64,000 nucleotides of DNA from an uncultured virus (IMG/VR IMGVR_UViG_3300018080_000160) (taxonomy: Duplodnaviria > Heunggongvirae > Uroviricota > Caudoviricetes), in IMG/VR virus record IMGVR_UViG_3300018080_000160; one strand, given 5' to 3'. Positions 30,429 to 40,084 of this stretch are shown piece by piece; the first letter of the stretch is position 1; the number at the start of each line of letters is the position of its first letter. The position numbers were made by a program, and so were the translations under genes. The notes under the pieces are model-generated. The model did not search any database and had not been told where the DNA came from. It saw nothing but the letters and a program-made list of their open reading frames with translations.

Positions 30429-30685
30429 ACGAGGAGGATGTCATGAATTTCGAGGCGGGGTATAAACGCGCGATAGCGCACCTCCGCGCGGGTGAGTTTG
30501 AGTCGCCCTTGGGCCAGATCCTTGGAAAAGTGGTGCTGGAGATCCTCGCGGACGAGCGGGAAAAGTTTGCCGCGAAACTCGTGGAGCAATACTGGTCGTA
30601 CAAGAAGGAGAATTCGTGTTATGACGCTAACACTCTCCTATCTCATTTACTCGGGATTATTAAAAAGGAGGCGGCCCGGGAATGA
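30425..30685 (+). CDS. micro-ORF chain member 5 (86 aa)
   Basis: ATGA overlap; ends KEAARE*. Confidence 0.6.
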   Translation: MNEEDVMNFEAGYKRAIAHLRAGEFESPLGQILGKVVLEILADEREKFAAKLVEQYWSYKKENSCYDANTLLSHLLGIIKKEAARE

Positions 30686-30819
30686 GGTTTGACCTGTATT
30701 ATGATCGAGGTCACTGGGTACTCGTCTGTGAGGACTGGGGCCTGAGATCCAGTTCCAAACGCCTGAGTCTACTCCTCAAAATCATCAAGCGATGTATCAC
30801 GGAGGCGGCGCAGAAATGA
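30682..30819 (+). CDS. micro-ORF chain member 6 (45 aa), weak HicB-N-like pattern
   Basis: MRFDLYYDRGHWVLVCEDWGL...EAAQK*. Confidence 0.5.
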   Translation: MRFDLYYDRGHWVLVCEDWGLRSSSKRLSLLLKIIKRCITEAAQK

Positions 30820-30856
30820 CGGGAAATAGAGAGATTGAACGAGGCGACAAAATAAA

Positions 30857-31081
30857 ATGAGTGTAGAGTTAATCAAAAAAGCAGGTAGACCGTACAAAAT
30901 CCAACGAACATCTAAAAACTCGATTCGAATCTACATCCCCCTCGACATCACCATTGATTCTCAATTCAACCTCAGCGATGAATACATAGCATCGTTGGTA
31001 AAAATTAGAGAAATAGATGGGTCGGAACGAGTTGGAGTGTTTCTCGAACCTCCCAAAAAGGCTGATGAAGCCTTATATTAA
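30857..31081 (+). CDS. AbrB/MazE-like DNA-binding protein
   Basis: KIQRTSKNSIRIYIP swapped-hairpin pattern. Confidence 0.55.
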   Translation: MSVELIKKAGRPYKIQRTSKNSIRIYIPLDITIDSQFNLSDEYIASLVKIREIDGSERVGVFLEPPKKADEALY

Positions 31082-32025
31082 CTTTTTTTTCCTTTAGCGG
31101 CCATTTGGCTCATTTTTTTCTTTCCAAACTTGGCACGACCAAGTGCAGCCGCTAATGCTCCGGAATCTTTAACACCTTTTTGTTTCCCGAGTTTATCCTT
31201 TAACTCTTGAAATCTTTCGCCAGAACCTGCTTTTGGAGCTTTCTTTTGACCGGGCTTTTTCGTAGGTTGGTTCTTCCCGCCTTTCAACGAACCGGGCTTC
31301 ACCTTCTTTTTCTTCTTCTTCTTCTCGTCGTTCTCCATTCCACTTCCATCAGCCTTACCCTTGCCCGGCCCCATACCGCGCCCGTGGGGGCCAGTCCCGT
31401 CAGGTGTGTGCCCGCCGGGGCCTCTTTTCTCGAAAATTTCGATAGCAGTCCCTTTCTGTATTCGTAAGCGGATTTTCAACAAAGCCGCTTCAGCTTCGTC
31501 CTTACTCAAATTAGTACGTCGCTTGAAATCTCCCTCGGCTCGGTATAACTCACTTTCAAGCGGCCAAATCTTCTCTCGTATCTCATCAACATCGCTATAA
31601 CTCTCAATCTTCTGGCTACGAAGATTGTGGAGTTGCGTATAGATATTCTCGTAATCTTGGAGAATATCATCAGCCGTTCTCATTGTTTGACCAAGCTCGT
31701 AAGCAAGAACTACTTCTTCTGGGGTAAACCCCTTGTCAGACTTCACGATCTCACCTTCTTTTTTATTTTTTGTCTTTCTCTTTATACTTGCAGTGCAGAT
31801 AGCGTAAGCAGAACTTTCAGATTTTCCTTTATCCATAAGCTGCTTTACACAACTATCAAGTTTTGCATCTAATTCTGGAGATCCTAAACTAAATTGCTGG
31901 ATCTCCTCGGAAAACAAATGTGAGAACGCTAAAATTTCTGCGTTGCTCATATTCGTTCCTTTCTTCTTCACATAATTTGCTACTGACCGATAACACTTCG
32001 GAATAACCATATTATCACATCGCAT
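31078..32025 (-). CDS. head-module protein with basic Gly/Lys-rich C-terminus
   Basis: SCVKQLMDKGKSESSAYAIC helix pair; long basic tail; likely start MVIPK or MSNAE. Confidence 0.7.
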   Translation of the reverse strand: MRCDNMVIPKCYRSVANYVKKKGTNMSNAEILAFSHLFSEEIQQFSLGSPELDAKLDSCVKQLMDKGKSESSAYAICTASIKRKTKNKKEGEIVKSDKGFTPEEVVLAYELGQTMRTADDILQDYENIYTQLHNLRSQKIESYSDVDEIREKIWPLESELYRAEGDFKRRTNLSKDEAEAALLKIRLRIQKGTAIEIFEKRGPGGHTPDGTGPHGRGMGPGKGKADGSGMENDEKKKKKKKVKPGSLKGGKNQPTKKPGQKKAPKAGSGERFQELKDKLGKQKGVKDSGALAAALGRAKFGKKKMSQMAAKGKKS

Positions 32026-32764
32026 TTAAGATTACCATTAGATGCCTCATAGCTCGTCTCCAACCAACTACCCAATCAAGCCGAAAGATTGTAAGAAGTT
32101 CTCTAAGGAAGGAGCGTTTTGGGATGAATATCTCTGCTTTTTTGAATGTTTTCTTGATTAAGATTCTATTATAGATTCTAATTGCTAATCTACGAACGGT
32201 ATTTATGAACTTGTCAATATTCATTTTGCCTTCAATGTCAGCTTTCCCGATCTTCAAGTTTTCCATTGGTTTGCGCAGAGAAATAGTCTGTTTGTATCGC
32301 ATGCGTTTAAAATGTGCTTTTGCGAGGGATCTCTTCCAGCCCATCCGTATCAACATCTTGGAGCCAAATTCGTGTTGCCAACCCCAACGCAACCGCCCTT
32401 TCCCTGCAACCATACCACGGAAGAGGCCTACTTGATAACGAACGGGGAGGTCTCCTTGTGGCGTGTGTTGAATGTGCGTGTACCGCATGTGGATTGAATC
32501 TCGTAGAAGCCCCTCGTCAACGAGAATTTGCTCAGGTGTCGTAAATGCTGTTGGTCTTCCCGCTGCTCTTTTTGCTCTTTTAGATTCCACGGTGACATCT
32601 GCCAACGGTGGCCACCATGGAGGAGCGTTTCTGAACTGTTCGAGAACTTTTGAGTAATAATCTTGAGTAAGACCAGTAAGCGTCGCGGAGAGGTACTGAC
32701 CAAGATTATCGGCTAAAAACTGGAGCTTTCTCGTGTCTGTAGCAGATATATTAAATGAAAACAT
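32015..32764 (-). CDS. virion morphogenesis protein (Mu gpG-like)
   Basis: WPPLA..T...K; ILVDEGLLRDSI; QHEFG; IPKRSFL. Confidence 0.75.
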   Translation of the reverse strand: MFSFNISATDTRKLQFLADNLGQYLSATLTGLTQDYYSKVLEQFRNAPPWWPPLADVTVESKRAKRAAGRPTAFTTPEQILVDEGLLRDSIHMRYTHIQHTPQGDLPVRYQVGLFRGMVAGKGRLRWGWQHEFGSKMLIRMGWKRSLAKAHFKRMRYKQTISLRKPMENLKIGKADIEGKMNIDKFINTVRRLAIRIYNRILIKKTFKKAEIFIPKRSFLRELLTIFRLDWVVGWRRAMRHLMVILNAM

Positions 32765-32776
32765 TACTTAACCATC

Positions 32777-35700
32777 CTAATCCTTGGCGGTTTTCTTTGC
32801 ATCTTTCTTCTTAGATGCCTTCTTTTTCGCAGCCTTCTTCTTAGCTGCCTTCTTCTTAGCTGGTTTTGGTTTTGGAGGTTCCTTTTTTGGTTTTGGAGGT
32901 TCCTCTTTTTTGCCTCCAGTTAATTTTTCATATGTTCGTTGTAGAGCGGAGATCATACTCTGTGCGTCCTTCTTTTCTTTCGCGGTTGCTTCCGGGTCAT
33001 TTAATGTTTCGTTCCAATATTCTAAGTCATCCTCGATGTCTTCCGCTGTTTGTTCCTCGTCCTCATTAATGTCACCTTCTTTGAGATTGCCTGCACGACG
33101 TTCTAATTCCGCACCAATATCAGTAATAGCTTTGTTCTCCTCGTCGCTACGCTCAAGTAACTTCTTCCGTTTAAGTTCTTGGTTCATTTCCTCTAAATCT
33201 GAATCGCTAAAGTCTTTTATCGGCTTAGATTTTAATGCATCTGGAATGTTTTCGAGCATTCGTTGGTGAGCTTCAAGCTTCTCGTCCGCTTCTTCCTCTT
33301 CCATGGCATCTTTGAGCTTTCTTTCCAATGCGTTTCTTGACTTGGCAGTAGTCTTTATATCGTACTCTTCTTTCAAGATTTCTCGAATCTCATCATCAGA
33401 ATACTCTTTCATCTTCTTCTCGTGAGTTTCCCTCGCTTTTACCCTCTCTGCAGCAGAAGGCTCTTCCGGTTCTTCTGGTTTAGGAACTTCCTTCGGAGCT
33501 CTCTTCGGAGCTTTCTTAGGAGCTTTCTTGGGAGCTTTCTTGGGAGCTTTCTTGGGAGCTCTCTTCGGAGCTTTCTTAGGAGCTTTCTTAGGAGCTTTCT
33601 TGGGAGCTTTCTTGGGAGCTTTCTTGGGAGCTTTCTTGGCTGGGAGCTTGGTTTGCCCTTTCGGTGGTTTCTCTTCCTTCTTGGGGGCTTTAGTACCAAG
33701 TTTCTTTCCCAACATTCCTTCTACTTCCTTTAGTTTCTTCTGTAATGTCTCAGATTTCATCCGCTCGAAGTTACCACGCGGCTTCTTGACTCCTTTTGGA
33801 AGTTGACTAATCTTCTCCCGCAATGAAGCAGCAAGTTGCTGTTGTTGTTCTTTCTTCGAAATAGGCTTTCCTTCCAGCGTCTGCTGTGCTGGCGGTTTCT
33901 CTTCCTTCTCTCCAGAAACGAGATTGACCAAATCTGCTTTTCGTGTGACGTCTTTTGGAATGTCGATCTTGTTCTCATTTAGCCATTCCTTGATGGTAGA
34001 GACTGTCCAATCACGGGTATTCTCCGGTTTCTCGCCGGGGTATTTCGCTTCTTCCTCGGCAGCAGCTTCTTCAGTTGGCTCTGCACCTTTTTCTTCTGCC
34101 CATAGATCGGTTGGGAGACCTAACGATTCTCGCTCCTCTTTCCATTTTTCCATATCAAACCCGAGATTTTCTTCCGGATTGCTCAACAGCTTATCCATTT
34201 TACCGACATCTATTTTCTTGCCCTTGAAATCTTCGTAAGCTTTAGTTATGTCGAGGATATTCTGCTTCGGAAATTTCTTGCCACCTTTTTGTTCCGCTTG
34301 CAACTGGCGTTGCACGTATTTTGCAACCATCTCCTCGAACTTCATCCGAGATTGTTCGACATTCTTCGGGCCTTCAACTTTCTTGCGTCCTCTTTGTTTC
34401 GGTTTTCCTTCTCCGCGCATCTCTTCAGCTTCTTCCTCGGTAATCTCTTTCATTTCCATCGGAGTCTGGAATACCTTATCGAGCTTTAGATTTCCTTCTT
34501 CGTCGAAAACAGGATTGCCCTCGTCATCTCGTCTGACTGCTTTGCCAACCGGAACTTCGTACTCCTCTCCTCCTATCATTACTTTGTAAGGTTCAGGCTC
34601 CTCAGTCGTGTATAATTTGCCACCGCTTTCAACTTCTGCTTGAATGAGTTTTCCTTGCTCTGCTGCCTTCTGTAGGAGTTTCTGGATACTGGGCATCGTG
34701 TATTTCCCTTTTTCTCCTCGGACTTCCTTCCCACCTTCCATCTTCATACCCATCTGCTGTTCAACGACACCCTCAGCCAAATCACGAATCGAGTCACTAT
34801 GCGATGCAAACTCGTTTGCAACATTCGTAATCTCTTTCTCCATCATATCGTAAGCTTCTTGCACGTTCTCGAATTTTTCCTTCGTGCTTTCGACGAGACT
34901 ATTAATCTTCCCAGCAAGCTCATCGTCATACTCGATAACTACACCGGGACGAACAGTAGAGCTAAGCTCCGTGAACATTGCATCCATATCTTGACGGGCT
35001 TTGTCGATTATCTTACTGAAACCTGAAAGTCGATTATTGAGTCTGTCCATATTAAGTTCCATTTTATCCTGTGTCTTAACCGTCTCAACAAGCTGCTGGC
35101 CCACGCCAGTCATGTATTGGTCAAATTTTGATTGTATATTCTCTATCTGTGATTGATACTGCGAAGAAGCCCGTTCCGCGAGTGCTTTATGAGCTAACTC
35201 GCTTGTCCGTAACCGAGACACTTCTTCTTTTGCTCTCGATAACGCTTCAGCATATCTGAGTGCTGGGTGATTTTTAATATAGTCATTCCGAAGATCCTGC
35301 AAACCTGTAGGCGAAAATCTTCTATTTCTATTTAGATTTTTCTGCCACTTCTCGGTAAGCAAATCTATCATGTATTCCTGACGTTCGCTGAGTTTGTCCG
35401 GGTCTCCCTCGTATATCACATCAAACCCAACGAGTTTATTATTCTCGATGGTTGGAGTGAGAACTACCTTAGCCCCATCTACATTTATGACATACCATTC
35501 ATCACCAGAGCCAAGACGTTTGTAGATAGCAAACATACGAGCTTCTTTGGATAGGAGCGGCTTAGGAACAACTTTACCGTCTTTATTTAACCATTTAGTT
35601 CCTTTTCCATAAGTCCCCGGCTTTCTGGTAAGCCACTCACCGTTTTTCCCAATCGCAGTAACAGGTAAAGGTTTTAGATTAGCCTTAAATTTATCCCCAG

Positions 35701-36874
35701 AATATCTTAACTTACTTTTAGTTAATTTCCTATACGTGTGCTTTCGCAAAGCATCAATGTAATTTTTCCTCTTCTCGTGAGGTACATTCAACGCAACTTC
35801 CATCGCTGTATCGAGCGCGTTCTTCTGAGTTGCATCAAAACCGGGAGCGGACAAGATATCCAAAGATTTTACAAAATCTGTCTCTATCTTAGACATAGGC
35901 TTGTTCTTGTCAATATTTAACTCCTCAGCGGTGAGTTCACGAACTCTTGCAAGACGTTTGTGAGCTTGGGATAATCTTCTAACTACATCTTTAATTTTAG
36001 GCCGAAATGGCCTCTCATCAATGTTATTTTCACGCGCTAACTGTAGCTGTTCATCTATGACCTTCTTCACTTGGTCTTCATCCGGGAGTCTGTTCGCCGG
36101 GATACCTGAAGCAATTTCGTCATACTTCGCGTACCTATCGCGTTTGACTTTATCACTTTCCTCCATAAGCTCGGATAACGTGATATTAGCTATCGCACCT
36201 TCTAATCGTCTAATCTGCTCAAAACTACGAAGTGAGCGTTCGAACGCATTTTCTGCTTCTCTTTTTTGCTGTTCTCTCCTCTCCCTCTCGTACCTTTCAC
36301 GCTCTTTTATCATCCAGTCCGGTAACTCGGACATCTTGTGTGTGATAAGTCCAAGTCTATTGCGCAGTTTCTGCTCCTCTTTAGCTGCCTTATTGAAGGT
36401 ACTCTGGTCTATATTACCACGACTAAGCATTTTCTCTAAATGCGTTCGAGTTGCGAACGCTTTATCGATCTGCTCTTTTAGTTTTAGAGCTTTTTTCTTG
36501 AGTTTTGCGTTCCGTTCATTAATCTCCCGCATTTCCTTTATCTTACGCTTTTCGACAGCTTCTTGTATCTTTTGAACGGATTCTTCCGAATATATGGATG
36601 TAGGTTCTTCCTCTGGCTTCTTAGGTTTGCGGCCTTTCTTCTCCCACTTCCACAACCCCTTACCAACTTTAACCTTTACCCTATCCCCAACAACAATTCT
36701 CTTTCCTACTGGAGCTTCAGGCCGACCAACTTTCCCTTCTCCTTGCCCCGGAGGTGCGGGCATTGCTTGCCCACCTTTCGGGACGCGAAGGGCTGGCTCT
36801 CGTGGTTTTGCTGGGCCGGGAGGCTTCGTGGGCATATACTTGAGGATAATCTCCTCTAAATCTTTGGCCGCCAT
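32777..36874 (-). CDS. large charged coiled-coil protein with HeH/LEM-like motifs and histone-H1-like PKKA repeats
   Basis: 1365 aa; WTVSTIKEWLNENKIDIPKDVTRKADLVNLV; (APKK)n; AAKKK tail. Confidence 0.8.
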   Translation of the reverse strand: MAAKDLEEIILKYMPTKPPGPAKPREPALRVPKGGQAMPAPPGQGEGKVGRPEAPVGKRIVVGDRVKVKVGKGLWKWEKKGRKPKKPEEEPTSIYSEESVQKIQEAVEKRKIKEMREINERNAKLKKKALKLKEQIDKAFATRTHLEKMLSRGNIDQSTFNKAAKEEQKLRNRLGLITHKMSELPDWMIKERERYERERREQQKREAENAFERSLRSFEQIRRLEGAIANITLSELMEESDKVKRDRYAKYDEIASGIPANRLPDEDQVKKVIDEQLQLARENNIDERPFRPKIKDVVRRLSQAHKRLARVRELTAEELNIDKNKPMSKIETDFVKSLDILSAPGFDATQKNALDTAMEVALNVPHEKRKNYIDALRKHTYRKLTKSKLRYSGDKFKANLKPLPVTAIGKNGEWLTRKPGTYGKGTKWLNKDGKVVPKPLLSKEARMFAIYKRLGSGDEWYVINVDGAKVVLTPTIENNKLVGFDVIYEGDPDKLSERQEYMIDLLTEKWQKNLNRNRRFSPTGLQDLRNDYIKNHPALRYAEALSRAKEEVSRLRTSELAHKALAERASSQYQSQIENIQSKFDQYMTGVGQQLVETVKTQDKMELNMDRLNNRLSGFSKIIDKARQDMDAMFTELSSTVRPGVVIEYDDELAGKINSLVESTKEKFENVQEAYDMMEKEITNVANEFASHSDSIRDLAEGVVEQQMGMKMEGGKEVRGEKGKYTMPSIQKLLQKAAEQGKLIQAEVESGGKLYTTEEPEPYKVMIGGEEYEVPVGKAVRRDDEGNPVFDEEGNLKLDKVFQTPMEMKEITEEEAEEMRGEGKPKQRGRKKVEGPKNVEQSRMKFEEMVAKYVQRQLQAEQKGGKKFPKQNILDITKAYEDFKGKKIDVGKMDKLLSNPEENLGFDMEKWKEERESLGLPTDLWAEEKGAEPTEEAAAEEEAKYPGEKPENTRDWTVSTIKEWLNENKIDIPKDVTRKADLVNLVSGEKEEKPPAQQTLEGKPISKKEQQQQLAASLREKISQLPKGVKKPRGNFERMKSETLQKKLKEVEGMLGKKLGTKAPKKEEKPPKGQTKLPAKKAPKKAPKKAPKKAPKKAPKKAPKRAPKKAPKKAPKKAPKKAPKRAPKEVPKPEEPEEPSAAERVKARETHEKKMKEYSDDEIREILKEEYDIKTTAKSRNALERKLKDAMEEEEADEKLEAHQRMLENIPDALKSKPIKDFSDSDLEEMNQELKRKKLLERSDEENKAITDIGAELERRAGNLKEGDINEDEEQTAEDIEDDLEYWNETLNDPEATAKEKKDAQSMISALQRTYEKLTGGKKEEPPKPKKEPPKPKPAKKKAAKKKAAKKKASKKKDAKKTAKD
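33492..33640. repeat. 12-bp tandem repeat (about 12 copies) encoding APKK/APKR
   Basis: Unit CTTTCTTGGGAG with variants; 60-bp higher-order period. Confidence 0.95.
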
Positions 36875-36883
36875 ATTCGATCT

Positions 36884-37237
36884 CTACCCCTCAAATAATC
36901 TTTTAAGAGAGTGTGCTGCCGCTTTCTGCGCAATCTGTTTTTTAGTAGGATCTGTCTCTTCAAGCGTCTTACTAAGCTCTCCTCTAACTTTCTTCTTCTT
37001 GCTCTTTTCAGATTTCTTTTTCTTTTTCTTACCTTTCGTACCGCCTCTCAAGAGCCTTCGCTTAGCCAGCTTGCGTTCAAGAGATTGCTTCTCTCTAACT
37101 TCCGGTCTAATACCAGTCTCCGGATGGTACTTCATCGCACCACTCTTCTCTTTCCGGAAGAATCCACGATGACCAGCACGAGAACCAGCAGCATACTTCT
37201 CGATTATTTCTTCAACTTGTCTATTGTTTTTGGACAA
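36884..37237 (-). CDS. small highly basic head-module protein
   Basis: 117 aa, KGKKKKKKSEKSKKKK. Confidence 0.7.
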   Translation of the reverse strand: MSKNNRQVEEIIEKYAAGSRAGHRGFFRKEKSGAMKYHPETGIRPEVREKQSLERKLAKRRLLRGGTKGKKKKKKSEKSKKKKVRGELSKTLEETDPTKKQIAQKAAAHSLKRLFEG

Positions 37238-38072
37238 CTGGAACCACCACTACCTTTCCTTTACTTTTCTTTTGCACATAACTAACTGGAACAGGAACCA
37301 AAGAACACTTACAGTAAGGATGTGGATCTGGAGGTTTAATCACATCCCTCTTCGTGAAAGGACTCTTTCCGAACGAATGTCCTATCTTTACCGCTTTTCC
37401 GTGCAGCCCCTGACAGAAATCACAAGTATTGGTCTCAAAACTCGCTTGCCACATCCAATGCGTGATTCCAGATGCAATATAAACTCTGGCACGGCCATTA
37501 TTGATTGCACGGCGGACTTCGTTATGTGCGATGTTCCGTGCCCGCCGTATATTTGTCTTCGTAATCTTTCGTATATCTTGAGCGAGTTGCTCCACGGTTT
37601 TCTTCGCATCTAATGTTTCTGCAACTAAAACACGAATCTTAGATAACTGATTTTGGCTCAAGTTTTTGATTAACGAGACATTCACATTAGTTAGATTTGT
37701 TATAGTCTGAGAAACAGGAACGATTTTCGGAGCAGTAACTCCGACTTGTTTGAGTTTACTTGCTCCTTGTTTAACTCCACGAACAACTGCAGTTTTTACG
37801 AATTTTTGTAGTTGACTCTTCAAGAAAGGTAACTGAATTCGGTCAAGTGAGCGTTCTATTCTATTCAAATCTTTCTGGCTCACTACATCTTTTATTTTCT
37901 TCTTCGCGTACTGCTTAATCACGAATTCCTCACCTTTCAACGCATCTAATGTAATTTTTTCCTCTGCTTTCAGAATCCTGACCGCGTATTTGTAATAAGG
38001 GATATACAAATTACTGGATTCCGTCTGATCTTTCTTTATCTTGAAGAAAGACTCCGGCAAAGCTTTCGTCAC
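37221..38072 (-). CDS. minor head protein (MuF / SPP1 gp7-like)
   Basis: RARNIAHNE..A; W......TCDFC..LHG; PP.PHPYCKC. Confidence 0.9.
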   Translation of the reverse strand: MTKALPESFFKIKKDQTESSNLYIPYYKYAVRILKAEEKITLDALKGEEFVIKQYAKKKIKDVVSQKDLNRIERSLDRIQLPFLKSQLQKFVKTAVVRGVKQGASKLKQVGVTAPKIVPVSQTITNLTNVNVSLIKNLSQNQLSKIRVLVAETLDAKKTVEQLAQDIRKITKTNIRRARNIAHNEVRRAINNGRARVYIASGITHWMWQASFETNTCDFCQGLHGKAVKIGHSFGKSPFTKRDVIKPPDPHPYCKCSLVPVPVSYVQKKSKGKVVVVPVVQKQ

Positions 38073-39967
38073 TACTCTTCCTCTTCTACTGCTTTTCTCG
38101 TTCTTAGCTTGCCTCCACGAACTTCCTCACGTTTGGCAACACTTTCCTCCCCAATCTCTTCCTCTGGGAGTTCCTCCTCCCCAGAAGGGACGCCAAGAGA
38201 AGCCATAAGATTTTGTCTGAATTCCTCGTCAACGAACATTTGCTCAAGTTCTTGGAGTTTGTCCATCGGAACGCTCTCATCTTCCACTTCTTCTCCTGCA
38301 AACTCTTCATCCGACTCTTCCATCTCAGAAGCTCCTTCCATTCCCGGCATTTCTCCTTCCATGCCTTCCGCTCCTTCCATACCTTCTTCCATACCTTCCA
38401 TGCCTTCCATCCCTTGTTGGGCTTGCATTCTTTCACTCATTTCGTCGAGTAATTCATCTTCAGATTTGAATTCGAGTGGAAGACCGACACGACGAAGATT
38501 CTGGCGTGTTTCCTCCATGGAAACGATATTACGGTCAAATGCTTGGAATAACATCCCAGAGAATCCTGCGACATCCCTTTCTCTGCTCTCACCGAATTGG
38601 ACGTCAATTCGGTTTATATCGAGTTCGTCATCAAAATGGAGAAAGATTAGATCGTTTAGAATGTTTTGAATAATATCTCGAATCTGAGATCGAACTGCTT
38701 TAACTGGAATAGAAACAGATTCCATAACATTAGCTCCACCAGTAAGCGAATGCTTCTGGCCTTCTAATCCGGTAGTTGTGAGCAGTGCCATCGACATACG
38801 AAGTCCGTAGGCTTTCTGCTCATCTATTAATCTAAAAGCGTTAGTGAAATCCATCGTAGGAGTTTTCACATCTAATACTTGAACTTCCCAGCCTTCCGAG
38901 ATAACCTGACCATCGCCATCGTACTCTTTGCCTTCAATAGCGATAGATTCACCGTTTCGAAATTCAGCACCCATCGAAGATGCTGATTGTAGCTTATCCA
39001 AGAACTTAGCATCGTTCTGGTCACGTTCTGAGTGTCTGGCAACGCGGATAAGAATAATAGGGAAAGCAGTTTTTTCGAATGCTTTATTCCGATAAAATCT
39101 TAATTCGATTGTGGAAATCATCTCGGAAACGATGGTTGATAACGGTGCTTTTCCGAGCCATAACATACAATCATAATAAGTATTGTACGGGAGTTCGATA
39201 GGTTTCGTCCAATCTACCATCCCAGATGACGAATAAGGTGCGTAAGGGCCACGCATAGACGGAACCCACTTGTCAAAGCCAGTGCGTGAATCCGGCATCT
39301 GACTTTGTTTGATTGGGTACATCACAATCTTGCGCCACAATCTCGTATCGTGACCGACGGGAGCGTAAAGCCGAGGGTCGAGGTGAACGAGAGCCATATC
39401 TCCGGGTTCCACCATCATATCATCTTCGCGTCCGAAGTATTTGGCAAAGACAGAATACCCCGTGGTCATATTATCTATGACCCACCACGGGATAACATAC
39501 GAGTCGAGAGACCTGTTCTTCCCACCAGCCTTTCTCGACCATTCCCGTGCGAAGTTGGTGTAGAGTTCATCTTCCCCTTTGAGGTCTTCGTCATATATAG
39601 TAATTGTAGTGCCATCACCACGCACCATACCGATGAATTGGTCGATAAGGTTCTGTACGACACCATCACCGTTATATAGAGCAATGTTAGTGCTTTTAGT
39701 GGGGAATACAATCCAATTCCTCAGCTCAGCAAGCCGGGGAATGACAAGAAACGGAGAATAAGGGTCGTGACGGACATCAAATGTAGATTGCGGGTAGTTT
39801 TTCCCTTTATCCGCATCGTACGTGAGTGCATCTTCGAGGGTAAGAACCCTACCTTCGTCTTGCGAGTATCTCACAATCGCTGACTTTATGCCACGACGCT
39901 CCATCGTCTCCTTTACCTGTGAAACGATGTTCGTTTTCTCTTTTTCAGTAATCGTCTCTGTGGCCAT
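38072..39967 (-). CDS. portal protein with acidic low-complexity tail
   Basis: Position between TerL and MuF; size; (MEG)n/E-rich C-terminus; ATG at 39967 with GAGG SD. Confidence 0.8.
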   Translation of the reverse strand: MATETITEKEKTNIVSQVKETMERRGIKSAIVRYSQDEGRVLTLEDALTYDADKGKNYPQSTFDVRHDPYSPFLVIPRLAELRNWIVFPTKSTNIALYNGDGVVQNLIDQFIGMVRGDGTTITIYDEDLKGEDELYTNFAREWSRKAGGKNRSLDSYVIPWWVIDNMTTGYSVFAKYFGREDDMMVEPGDMALVHLDPRLYAPVGHDTRLWRKIVMYPIKQSQMPDSRTGFDKWVPSMRGPYAPYSSSGMVDWTKPIELPYNTYYDCMLWLGKAPLSTIVSEMISTIELRFYRNKAFEKTAFPIILIRVARHSERDQNDAKFLDKLQSASSMGAEFRNGESIAIEGKEYDGDGQVISEGWEVQVLDVKTPTMDFTNAFRLIDEQKAYGLRMSMALLTTTGLEGQKHSLTGGANVMESVSIPVKAVRSQIRDIIQNILNDLIFLHFDDELDINRIDVQFGESRERDVAGFSGMLFQAFDRNIVSMEETRQNLRRVGLPLEFKSEDELLDEMSERMQAQQGMEGMEGMEEGMEGAEGMEGEMPGMEGASEMEESDEEFAGEEVEDESVPMDKLQELEQMFVDEEFRQNLMASLGVPSGEEELPEEEIGEESVAKREEVRGGKLRTRKAVEEEE

Positions 39968-40084
39968 TTTCCTCAAAGAAACCTATTGTTCCAGTGCTAT
40001 AAAAACTGTTTGTAGGCACACAATTAAAGTTAAATACTCGCATTACTTTGAGATACATAACAAATAAATATCACCCGCTTAGTA

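Larger units (their letters stand above)
29961..30819 (+). repeat. dispersed gene-junction repeat GGAGGCGGC-N-CGGGAATGA
   Basis: Copies at 29961, 30410, 30667; variants at 30801 and 30249. Confidence 0.85.

Noticed and set aside
33492..33572. CTTCGGAGCT in the APKK repeat as part of the 16-bp repeat family
   Set aside because: Only 10 bp and explained by Ala-Pro-Lys codons.
32784..38669. Long plus-strand ORFs opposite charged or low-complexity genes
   Set aside because: Antisense shadows of Lys/Glu-rich coding sequence.
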